Assembly (NCBI GenBank): GCA_002737125.1
Contig: NSHP01000002.1
Coordinates: forward strand, 1-36,053
DNA: 36,053 bases
Direction of reading: 5' to 3'
Source: Actinomycetota bacterium
Lineage (GTDB): Bacteria > Actinomycetota > Actinomycetes > S36-B12
The notes beneath the pieces are model-generated. The model was not told where the DNA came from. It did no database searches and was given only the letters and a program-made list of their open reading frames with translations. Positions within the stretch are counted from its first letter, which is position 1. Each line of letters begins with the position of its first letter. The translations under genes were made by a program, and so were the position numbers. Shown in pieces: positions 9,309-16,510 of the stretch.

Positions 9309-9752
9309 TTAGTTCGTACTCAAGATTTCAGCCAGCAACATAGGTTGGTGGGGCAACCCCAAGGACCCGACTATCCGGGCTAGAAAAGTGTCAGCATCAC
9401 GAAGGAGGTCATCGGCCTCGCGCTCAGAAACACAAGCAATCCCGGCTTCGGCCGCGGCTCGTTTGCGCGCACCCGCCGCAAAAAACATCGACCATTCGGT
9501 GAACTCGGCGGCAACCTCAGGAAGCACCACCCAGACACTGCGCACCTGGCGGCGGCGACCAGATGGGCGGCTGCGAGTTGCCAAGACCGCCGCCGCTGCT
9601 CGGAGGGCAGCAAGGTGCGCGGCGGCGTAGCGCGCACTGGGGGACTGCGCCAGCATCGCCTCGGTCAAACTGCGGCGCGCTGACATCACTAAATCAAGGG
9701 CGGCACCGGGAACCGAAGTGTTCGGCAGCCGATGCTCCATCAGGACTGTCAT
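9309..9752 (-). CDS. SAV_6107-like HEPN domain protein (non-catalytic HEPN; no Rx4-6H motif seen)
   Basis: 147 aa. ...ARYAAAHLAALRAAAAVLA...RRRQVRSVWVVLPEVAAEFTEWSMFFAAGARKRAAAEAG...SEREADDLLRDADTFLARI matches my recollection of the actinobacterial SAV_6107 HEPN family. SD GAGGAG lies upstream of ATG 9752. Confidence 0.7.
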   Translation of the reverse strand: MTVLMEHRLPNTSVPGAALDLVMSARRSLTEAMLAQSPSARYAAAHLAALRAAAAVLATRSRPSGRRRQVRSVWVVLPEVAAEFTEWSMFFAAGARKRAAAEAGIACVSEREADDLLRDADTFLARIVGSLGLPHQPMLLAEILSTN

Positions 9753-9771
9753 AACTATCTCCTCACCTTAT

Positions 9772-9787
9772 TCGAACACCTGTTCGA
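9772..9787. promoter_or_regulatory. LexA (SOS) box, perfect TCGAAC-N4-GTTCGA
   Basis: TCGAACACCTGTTCGA at 9772-9787, embedded in a 32-nt palindrome (9764-9795, 14+4+14). It lies 20 nt upstream of the HEPN start codon and just downstream of the predicted -10. Confidence 0.85.
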
Positions 9788-9797
9788 ATAAGGTGCA

Positions 9798-9826
9798 ACT
9801 TAAACCCGCCCCCTGACACTCGTCAA
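9798..9826 (-). promoter_or_regulatory. sigmaA-type promoter for the HEPN-dnaE2-dinB operon
   Basis: On the minus strand: TTGACG (9826-9821), a 17-nt spacer, then TTAAGT (9803-9798). The LexA box covers the expected transcription start region. Confidence 0.5.
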
Positions 9827-9859
9827 CCCGGCCGCCCTTTGGCCCATGAAACAGGCCAA

Positions 9860-9889
9860 TTTCCCAGGGTTTCCCAGGGTTTCCCGGGC
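9860..9889. repeat. 3 x 10-nt tandem repeat TTTCCC(A/G)GG(G/C)
   Basis: tttcccaggg tttcccaggg tttcccgggc, in the divergent intergenic region between the SOS operon and the methyltransferase gene. Confidence 0.8.
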
Positions 9890-9983
9890 TTCGGCCGCGC
9901 AGCCGGAAGCTAAATTTTCGGTATCCCATAAGACTCTGGCCCTACGGTAGGCAAGTGCAGATTAGCCAAAGTGAGGCCGCTAC

Positions 9984-10715
9984 ATGGATTTAACCGGTGA
10001 ACGCACCATCCCGGGAGTGCCCACGGAGTCATATTGGTTTGCACGTCATGAAGTGGTCTACCGATGGGCTGCTGAGCGCTATGCACTGGGACGAATATGC
10101 GGTGACATCGGTAGTGGCGAAGGCTTTGGAACCCGGTTACTGCTGGATGCCGGAGCCCAAAGCGTCTTTGGTATCGAGTTAGACGAAGGTGCCGCATCGC
10201 ACAGCGCGACTACTTACTCAGCAGCCAACTTCATTCGCGCCAATGTGGTGGCACTACCCATTGCTGCCCAGAGCACCGACTTGTTGACCTCCCTCCAAGT
10301 TATTGAACATATCTGGGACGTTGCCGCATACCTTCAGGAGATGCATCGAGTGCTGCGCTTGGGCGGCAGACTCGTTGTTTCAACGCCGAACCGACCAGTT
10401 TTTTCTCCCGGGCTTGAACGCAAGAGTCCCCCGCTAAATCCATTTCATGTTGAGGAGTTTGACGAAGAGCAAGTAAAATTACAGCTAAGCGACTGCGGTT
10501 TCAAGGAAGTCACCATGCACGGCCTGCATCACGGTGCCCGAATCGCAGATTGGGAAGACATAAACGGGCCTATTGTTGCCGCCATGATCACCGCCGGTGC
10601 CACGAACTCGTGGCCATCGAGCCTTCATGAATTCGTCACTACCATTACCGCTAATGACTTCCACATCGGCGATGCAACTGATGCGCACGACCTAATTGCG
10701 GTCGGTATCAAATGA
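9984..10715 (+). CDS. class I SAM-dependent methyltransferase (Rv3030-like context)
   Basis: 243 aa. Motif I is GDIGSGEGFGTRLLLDAGAQSVFGIELD, with a post-I acidic residue and GGRLVVSTPN. SD GTGAGG lies upstream of the ATG. First gene of an MT-GH57 pair. Confidence 0.8.
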   Translation: MDLTGERTIPGVPTESYWFARHEVVYRWAAERYALGRICGDIGSGEGFGTRLLLDAGAQSVFGIELDEGAASHSATTYSAANFIRANVVALPIAAQSTDLLTSLQVIEHIWDVAAYLQEMHRVLRLGGRLVVSTPNRPVFSPGLERKSPPLNPFHVEEFDEEQVKLQLSDCGFKEVTMHGLHHGARIADWEDINGPIVAAMITAGATNSWPSSLHEFVTTITANDFHIGDATDAHDLIAVGIK

Positions 10716-10724
10716 GTGAACTAA

Positions 10725-12272
10725 ATGAGTGAACCAAGCACTAAACCTATCGGCACTTTCTGTCTGGTGCTGCATACCCATCTGCCTTGGCTGGCGCACC
10801 ATGGCTCGTGGCCCGTCGGCGAGGAATGGCTGCATCAAGCCTGGGCCACTTCATATTTGCCGGTAATTAGTCTCCTCGAAACACTCGCGAATGAGGGCCG
10901 AAGCGATGTGTTGACTCTCGGAATTTCACCGGTTCTCGCGGCGCAACTTGATGACCCATATTGCATCAACGAGCAGCGCACGTGGCACGCCAATTGGCAA
11001 CTGCGAGCTCAAGGGATGGCCGGTTCACGGGAGGCATGGCGCCGCGAGGCAGGAACTCGCGAGTTTCAAAGTGCAATCGCCGCACAAAGTGACTTCGACA
11101 CGCGCTGGCAACGTGGAGCCTCACCAATTTTACGCAAACTTTCGGAAAGTGGCGTCATCGAAATTCTTGGTGGACCAGTTACCCACAATTTCCAGCCCCT
11201 AAACCAAACCGCAACTAGGCGGGCCGCACTTAGCATTGGCCAAGACGACAGCCTGCTTCGCCAGGGTAAAAGACCATCTGGCATTTGGGCACCCGAGTGT
11301 GCATACACCCCCGGTCTTGAACTTGATTATGCACAGGCAGGAATTAATCACTTCGTAGTCGATGGCCCGACAATGAATAGCGCGGGCCGATCTACCGGTG
11401 CCGCGTGGCAAGTAGCCGATAGTGATGTAGTTGCATTTGCCCGTGATCTTGAGGTCACCTACCGGGTTTGGTCACCGCGTAAGGGCTACCCGGGGGGCAA
11501 GTGGTACCGCGACTTTCACGCATTTGACCATGAGTGGGGGGTTCGCCCGTTCCGCGTGACAAGTATGTCAACTCCATCCCACGAAAAAGCACCATATGAG
11601 CCCGAGCGCGCCATGCAAGCAGTTGAACGCGATGCCCATGATTTTGTGAACGCAGTGCGCAATCGACTTCTCGAACTCGGTTCAACGATGAAACAGGCTC
11701 CACTTGTAGTTGCCGCCTACGACACTGAACTCTTCGGCCATTGGTGGCATGAGGGCCCCCAGTGGTTAGCCCACGTACTTCGCCTGCTACCCGAAAGTGG
11801 CGTAACAGTGACAACACTCCAAGGCGCAATGGACCTAGGCCAGGTGGCCGGGCGCGTTGATTTAGCAAATGGATCATGGGGTTCGGGTAAGGATTGGCGG
11901 GTTTGGACAGGTGACCTCGTTCAAGATGTAGTCCAAACTAATAGCGGTCTCGAAGTGGAGGCACTTGACACTTTAAGAAAATACTTCGACGATCCGGTGC
12001 ATATTCGTGAACGCAGCATCGCCGCAGATCAACTGGCCCGTGAACTGCTTCTTACCCTCGCAAGTGACTGGGCTTTTATGATTTCCAAAGATTCCGCTGC
12101 CGAATATGCACGGGGGCGCTTAGGAGATCATCTTGCCGCTACCAGAGATCTAATCCGCTTGGTTTCATCAGGAAACACCGCAGCTGCCCATGCCTGCGCA
12201 ATTCAACAGCAACAACGCGATTACGCCTTTGGCCATCTCGATGCTCGCAACTTCGCGCAATTCTTTGGCTAA
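10725..12272 (+). CDS. GH57-family glycoside hydrolase / alpha-glucan branching-type enzyme (Rv3031-like)
   Basis: 515 aa. FCLVLHTHLPWLAHHGSWPVGEEWLHQA...YLPVISLLE..., ...IWAPECAY..., ...YDTELFGHWWHEGPQWL... are GH57/DUF1957 hallmarks. Confidence 0.85.
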   Translation: MSEPSTKPIGTFCLVLHTHLPWLAHHGSWPVGEEWLHQAWATSYLPVISLLETLANEGRSDVLTLGISPVLAAQLDDPYCINEQRTWHANWQLRAQGMAGSREAWRREAGTREFQSAIAAQSDFDTRWQRGASPILRKLSESGVIEILGGPVTHNFQPLNQTATRRAALSIGQDDSLLRQGKRPSGIWAPECAYTPGLELDYAQAGINHFVVDGPTMNSAGRSTGAAWQVADSDVVAFARDLEVTYRVWSPRKGYPGGKWYRDFHAFDHEWGVRPFRVTSMSTPSHEKAPYEPERAMQAVERDAHDFVNAVRNRLLELGSTMKQAPLVVAAYDTELFGHWWHEGPQWLAHVLRLLPESGVTVTTLQGAMDLGQVAGRVDLANGSWGSGKDWRVWTGDLVQDVVQTNSGLEVEALDTLRKYFDDPVHIRERSIAADQLARELLLTLASDWAFMISKDSAAEYARGRLGDHLAATRDLIRLVSSGNTAAAHACAIQQQQRDYAFGHLDARNFAQFFG

Positions 12273-12973
12273 GGAGAAAGTTCTTCCACCGCCCGCTTCG
12301 TCTTACGAGCAATATCTTCAAGTGAGATTCTTCGCATTGCATATTGTGCGTAGATATCACGCCGATCCTTAAGCACGCGGGCCGGCACCCCACCCATAAC
12401 AGAAAATGGCGGGACCTCCCCTCGTACCAAACTGTGGGCCCCAACCACGCTGCCGTTACCAATTGTGGTGCCGCGCAATACGGTCGCCTTGGTGCCTATC
12501 CAAACATCAGGGCCGATTCGAACCGGTGACTTCACGATGCCTTGATCCTTGATAGGACGGTAGATGTCTTCAGTGACATGGTCGAAGTCGCAGACATAAA
12601 CCCAATCAGAAATAATCGATCCAGCGCCTATTTCTATATCTAAATAGACATTCACGGTGTTTTCGCGCCCAAATACGCACTTATCGCCAATCACCAAGGT
12701 GCCCTCGTGACACCGAACTCGATTGTCATCACCAAGATGCACCCAGCGGCCCAAGATCATTCGCCCATAACCTTTGCGAGCATTTACCTCAACATGCTTG
12801 CCGAAGAAAACAAACCCCGTGGTAATGATGTGTGGGTTGCGAACCTTGAAGGCGAGGAACCGCCAGTACCGAATCAGATACCACGGTGACCACGCCCGAT
12901 TTCGGATCACCCATCGGGCAGATGCCATCGTCATGAAGCGCGCTTGTCGCCGATCTCGTGGGCTCACGGCCAC
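12269..12973 (-). CDS. hexapeptide-repeat (LbH) acyl/acetyltransferase (Rv3034c-like)
   Basis: 234 aa. Has a C-terminal left-handed beta-helix pattern (IGPDVWIGTKATVLRGTTIGNGSVVGAHSLV). GTG start at 12973; alternative internal ATGs exist. Its stop overlaps the GH57 stop (CTAA, convergent). Confidence 0.75.
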   Translation of the reverse strand: MAVSPRDRRQARFMTMASARWVIRNRAWSPWYLIRYWRFLAFKVRNPHIITTGFVFFGKHVEVNARKGYGRMILGRWVHLGDDNRVRCHEGTLVIGDKCVFGRENTVNVYLDIEIGAGSIISDWVYVCDFDHVTEDIYRPIKDQGIVKSPVRIGPDVWIGTKATVLRGTTIGNGSVVGAHSLVRGEVPPFSVMGGVPARVLKDRRDIYAQYAMRRISLEDIARKTKRAVEELSP

Positions 12974-12978
12974 GAAGA

Positions 12979-14289
12979 CTACCGAGTCGCTAGCAAACTG
13001 CTCTGGTCAGCCGGTTCCCGGGCAACGGCTCCGGTCAGCAGGTTCCCGGGCAACGGCTCCGGTGGCCCGACCGACCCCGCCAACTTAGCCGCGGGGATTG
13101 TTTGCGGGCGGCTCTCATCAGCTATCGCCTCCCGATAAACCTCGACCGTTTGAGCCGCGATTGCGGGCCAGCCGAAATCACTTCGCACTTTGGTACGTGC
13201 GGCCCGGGCAGCCGCGGCCGCAAGCGGTGAATCAAGTAGCACCTGTACCAGGGCAGCAGCTAATTCAACTGCGTTACCTGGAGTGAAAGTGCGCCCCGTA
13301 ACACCATCTTCAACCAACTCTGCCAATCCACCGGTTCGTGCCACTACAAGCGGCGTGCCAACCGATGCTGCTTCGAGTGCAACTATGCCAAAGGGCTCAT
13401 ATAAGGACGGCACCACCACCGCATCGGCCGCAGCGACAAGCGCATGCAATTGCTCCTCAGGTAGCCAACCCAAAAAGTTCACCGCCTTACCAAGGCGCTT
13501 TGCTTTAACCTGTTCGCGCAATTGCGAGTCGGCGCTCCCCCGGCCCGCAATAACCAGGTGCACACCTGCAACCTGTCGCCGTAGGCGCGGCATCGCGTCA
13601 ATCAAGGTGTGGACACCTTTCTCCCACTCCAAGCGCCCGGTAAAAACAACTAGCGGGGTCTGGTACTGAGCTCGTGCGATTTGCCGCTGCCTGGCAGTTA
13701 CCCGCCAGCGGTCTGGGTCAATCCCATTGGCAATCACCACGGTCTTATCCAGCGGTGGGTCAAAGAGTTGCCCCACCTCCCACCGCATGTGTTCACTGCA
13801 GGCAATCACCCGCCGGGCTTCATAAGTTGACCACCACTCGATGCTGTGAATACTTCGCGAGAGTTCACTTGGTAGCCAACCTTGATGCCGACCAGCCTCG
13901 GTCGCATGCATTGTCGTCACATACGGGACGCGTGCCGCTTCTTTGATTACTGCCGCGGCGTGGGCAACCAGCCAATCATGACCGTGCACTACCTGCGGCT
14001 TCCAGGTGCGCATCAGTCGGATTCCCGCGCGAGCTACCGCGCTATTAAAGCCAGCGACCCAAGCCAGCAGGTGCTCTTCATCAAGGGGCACATACGGTGC
14101 ATCCGGGCTCACCCGCAATACCCGAACCCCGTTTACAACCTCATCAGGGCTGGCGCCATCAGTTGCCTGCGTGATTACCGCGACATCGAGGCCGAGTGCA
14201 GCTTGGGTCTGCGCGATTGCGTGCACGTGACGCCCCAAGCCGCCGTACACCACCGGTGGGTACTCCCACGACAGGTGAAGGATTCGCAC
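12979..14289 (-). CDS. GT4 family alpha-glucosyltransferase (Rv3032-like)
   Basis: (V)RILHLSWEYPPVVYGGLGRHVHAIA... is an N-terminus typical of Rv3032-type GT4 enzymes, with a C-terminal EPFGIVALEA motif. I prefer GTG 14289. The longer start GTG 14340 (MTEEAGL...) is encoded by a repeat unit (see findings). Confidence 0.85.
   Translation of the reverse strand: MRILHLSWEYPPVVYGGLGRHVHAIAQTQAALGLDVAVITQATDGASPDEVVNGVRVLRVSPDAPYVPLDEEHLLAWVAGFNSAVARAGIRLMRTWKPQVVHGHDWLVAHAAAVIKEAARVPYVTTMHATEAGRHQGWLPSELSRSIHSIEWWSTYEARRVIACSEHMRWEVGQLFDPPLDKTVVIANGIDPDRWRVTARQRQIARAQYQTPLVVFTGRLEWEKGVHTLIDAMPRLRRQVAGVHLVIAGRGSADSQLREQVKAKRLGKAVNFLGWLPEEQLHALVAAADAVVVPSLYEPFGIVALEAASVGTPLVVARTGGLAELVEDGVTGRTFTPGNAVELAAALVQVLLDSPLAAAAARAARTKVRSDFGWPAIAAQTVEVYREAIADESRPQTIPAAKLAGSVGPPEPLPGNLLTGAVAREPADQSSLLATR
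13007..13062. repeat. 28-nt tandem duplication (2 copies, 1 mismatch) inside the 3' tail of the GT4 gene
   Basis: tcagccggttcccgggcaacggctccgg (13007-13034) and tcagcaggttcccgggcaacggctccgg (13035-13062). The unit length is not a multiple of 3. Confidence 0.9.
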
Positions 14290-14317
14290 CCCCGCAGCAT
14301 ACGGCCAGCAAGCCCGG

Positions 14318-14440
14318 CCTAAACCTGCTTCTTCCGTCACCTGAGGTCCTTAAACCTGCTTCTTCCGTCACTTTTGTGGTGGATTTTGACGGAACGAGCA
14401 GGCATAAGGTCCGCCCATGACGGAACGAGCAGGCCTAAGG
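14318..14440. repeat. four copies of a 23-nt unit (TGACGGAA-SR-AGCAGG-N3/4-AAGG) as two nested inverted pairs
   Basis: Minus orientation: 14318-14339 and 14348-14370. Plus orientation: 14387-14409 and 14418-14440. The inner pair is separated by the loop cttttgtggtggattt. Confidence 0.9.
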
Positions 14441-14472
14441 CCTGTGGATAGTCATTTGGCACTACGTGATTA

Positions 14473-15438
14473 ATGCTGAACGCTGTCACCATGACATTGG
14501 ACAACTCCAACGACTCAATTTCACTGCCCGAAATCTTCACCATGTCCGAGGCCTTGGCCGCGGGTATGACCGCTGGCCAAGTGCGGCAGCGGGTTCGTTC
14601 AGGGCGCTGGGCGGCACTTGGATCTGGTACCTATTCGAGGAGTTTCCCTCGGGCCGACGATCTTGATCCGTTCGCCCAACGTCGTAATTTGCATGTGCAA
14701 CTAGCCGTTGCCCGGGCGCTGAAAGTCTCGGGCAGTGTCATTGCCTTTGGTTCTGCAGCAATGCTGCATCAGTTGCCACTCATGACTGGCACACCCCGAA
14801 ATGTTGAACTTCTTGTTCCACCTGGGGCATGGACCGGTACTCGCACGGGCACGCGGTACCGATCCGGCGCCTTAGCTCCGACAGAAATATCTCACCTGCC
14901 TGCTCCGGTGACGACCCCATTGCGAACGTGGCTCGATATCGCCCGCATCCATCCCTTCGCCGACGCAATTTGTTGCGGCGATGCGGCACTTCGCTCCGGA
15001 CTATTCACCGTTGCAGCACTCGATGCTGCCCTACCCAGCACGGATATTCGTGGCAGCAGTCGCGTACACCGCGCCGCGCGTCACCTGAGCATGCTTCGAG
15101 AATCGGCTCTAGAGTCACTCTCGTGGGTTAGATTCCTTGACTGGGACATCGAACTTCCGACCTGTCAATTTCAGGTAAGTGATAGCGGTGGGCGATTCGT
15201 CGCGCGGGTGGATTTTTGCTGGGAGGACAAAATGGTAATCGGCGAGGCTGACGGCCGTCTCAAATACACCAACAAAGAGAGTCTGTATCAGGAAAAATTA
15301 CGCGAAGATCGACTACGCGAATTGGGCTTCGTGGTAATCAGGTGGAGTTGGAGCGACTTACAAGAGCCCGCTGCCGTACTCAAGAGGCGCATATCCACTG
15401 CCCTCATACGGTCGCACCACACATTACGTTCGGCCTGA
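14473..15438 (+). CDS. AbiEi_4-like wHTH + PD-(D/E)xK (DUF559-like) endonuclease-fold protein, paralog 1
   Basis: 321 aa. N-terminus FTMSEALAAGMTAGQVRQRVRSGRWAALGSGTY (AbiEi-like wHTH). C-terminus ESLSWVRF...ARVDFCWEDKMVIGEADG...REDRLRELGFVVIRWSWSDL (D...E-x-D-G nuclease core). Clearly homologous to the 27013-27933 product (RTWLD, GD-ALRSGL, ARVD..W....V..E.DG). Confidence 0.75.
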   Translation: MLNAVTMTLDNSNDSISLPEIFTMSEALAAGMTAGQVRQRVRSGRWAALGSGTYSRSFPRADDLDPFAQRRNLHVQLAVARALKVSGSVIAFGSAAMLHQLPLMTGTPRNVELLVPPGAWTGTRTGTRYRSGALAPTEISHLPAPVTTPLRTWLDIARIHPFADAICCGDAALRSGLFTVAALDAALPSTDIRGSSRVHRAARHLSMLRESALESLSWVRFLDWDIELPTCQFQVSDSGGRFVARVDFCWEDKMVIGEADGRLKYTNKESLYQEKLREDRLRELGFVVIRWSWSDLQEPAAVLKRRISTALIRSHHTLRSA

Positions 15439-15494
15439 ACCTGCTGAAACCGTCAAAAAATGCCCAAAAAATGACGGAACGAGCAGGTACAAGG
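15434..15494. repeat. inverted pair of the same 23-nt unit family, downstream of paralog 1
   Basis: cctgaacctgctgaaaccgtca (15434-15455, degenerate), loop aaaaatgcccaaaaaa, then tgacggaacgagcaggtacaagg (15472-15494). The gene's TGA (15436-15438) lies in the left unit. Confidence 0.85.
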
Positions 15495-15556
15495 CCCACC
15501 CGTGACCAGGCGGCTACCGGCACCAAGCCCACCCGTGACCAGGCGGCTACCAGCGC
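15491..15556. repeat. about 33-nt tandem duplication (2 copies)
   Basis: An identical 24-nt core cccacccgtgaccaggcggctacc at 15495-15518 and 15528-15551, directly abutting the hairpin unit. Confidence 0.9.
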
Positions 15557-15562
15557 AAGAGC

Positions 15563-16510
15563 TTACGCGCGGGTACCGGTCACGCAAACGTTGTAAAACA
15601 ACTCATCCGGGATGACCTTTTCGAGGATATGCGCATCAAGCCAAGACAATCCCAGCCAGCTTCGGTAGGCGAACTTGGCCCAATTCCAGCCCAGTGCGCC
15701 AGGCTTGACCGCAGCCTCGAATGTTCGTACCGGCCAGCCAAACCAAGATGCGGTCAACTCTTCGGTGACCGTTTTGACATCAACCGCCCCGGCGCGCAGA
15801 CAAAGGCGCGCGAGCTGGTCAGGGTCAAAGGTGTGCAGATCGACAACTGCTTCCAATTTAGCTTCAGCTGAAGACTGTGCAAGTCCGTCTGCCGGGCGGG
15901 CCCAGCGATCACGCAGTATCGGTAACTGTGTAGCCCGCGATGCCCCCCACCAAGTTAGCCTCGACAATCGGCGCGCGACAACGTCACCATATTTGGTGGG
16001 TTCGCCACAAAAGACGAAACGCCCACCTGGCTTGAGTACCCGCAAGACTTCGCGCATCGCTAACTCAACATTTGGAAGGTGATGGAGCACGGCGTGGCCG
16101 ACGACTAAATCAAATGATTCATCAGGAAACGGGAGTTGTTCAGCGTCAGCGACTTGGCCGTTGACTTCCAGGCCCAGCCGCCGGCCATTTCGAACAGCGA
16201 CATCAACCATGCCCGGTGAAATATCAGTAACTACGCCAGATTTTGCCACCGTGGCTTGCATAAGGTTGAGCAAGAAGAACCCGGTGCCACTACCGAGCTC
16301 AAGAGCCCTGCCGTAGGGCTCCTTAACTACACCGGCAACATGCTCAAATCGACCGCGGGCGTAATCGATGCAGCGCTGATCGTATGAAATATTCCACTTC
16401 TCGTCATACGTTGACGCTTCCCAGTCGTGGTAGAGAACATTCGCCAACTTCGGGTCCGACATGGCACGAGTGATTGGATCACCGACAACAGGATCGTCCA
16501 TACGCGTCAC
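15563..16510 (-). CDS. class I SAM-dependent methyltransferase (Rv3037c-like context)
   Basis: 315 aa. Motif I ALELGSGTGFFLLNL, plus LKPGGRFVFCGEP. The GTG start overlaps the TGA of the upstream enoyl-CoA hydratase gene (GTGA at 16507-16510). Confidence 0.8.
   Translation of the reverse strand: MTRMDDPVVGDPITRAMSDPKLANVLYHDWEASTYDEKWNISYDQRCIDYARGRFEHVAGVVKEPYGRALELGSGTGFFLLNLMQATVAKSGVVTDISPGMVDVAVRNGRRLGLEVNGQVADAEQLPFPDESFDLVVGHAVLHHLPNVELAMREVLRVLKPGGRFVFCGEPTKYGDVVARRLSRLTWWGASRATQLPILRDRWARPADGLAQSSAEAKLEAVVDLHTFDPDQLARLCLRAGAVDVKTVTEELTASWFGWPVRTFEAAVKPGALGWNWAKFAYRSWLGLSWLDAHILEKVIPDELFYNVCVTGTRA

Noticed and set aside
13190-14322. Several plus-strand ORFs (159, 90, 146 aa) inside the GT4 gene; similar cases at 29700-30449 and 30762-31370
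   Set aside because: They are antisense shadow ORFs within strongly supported genes (GT4, meaB, thiolase).
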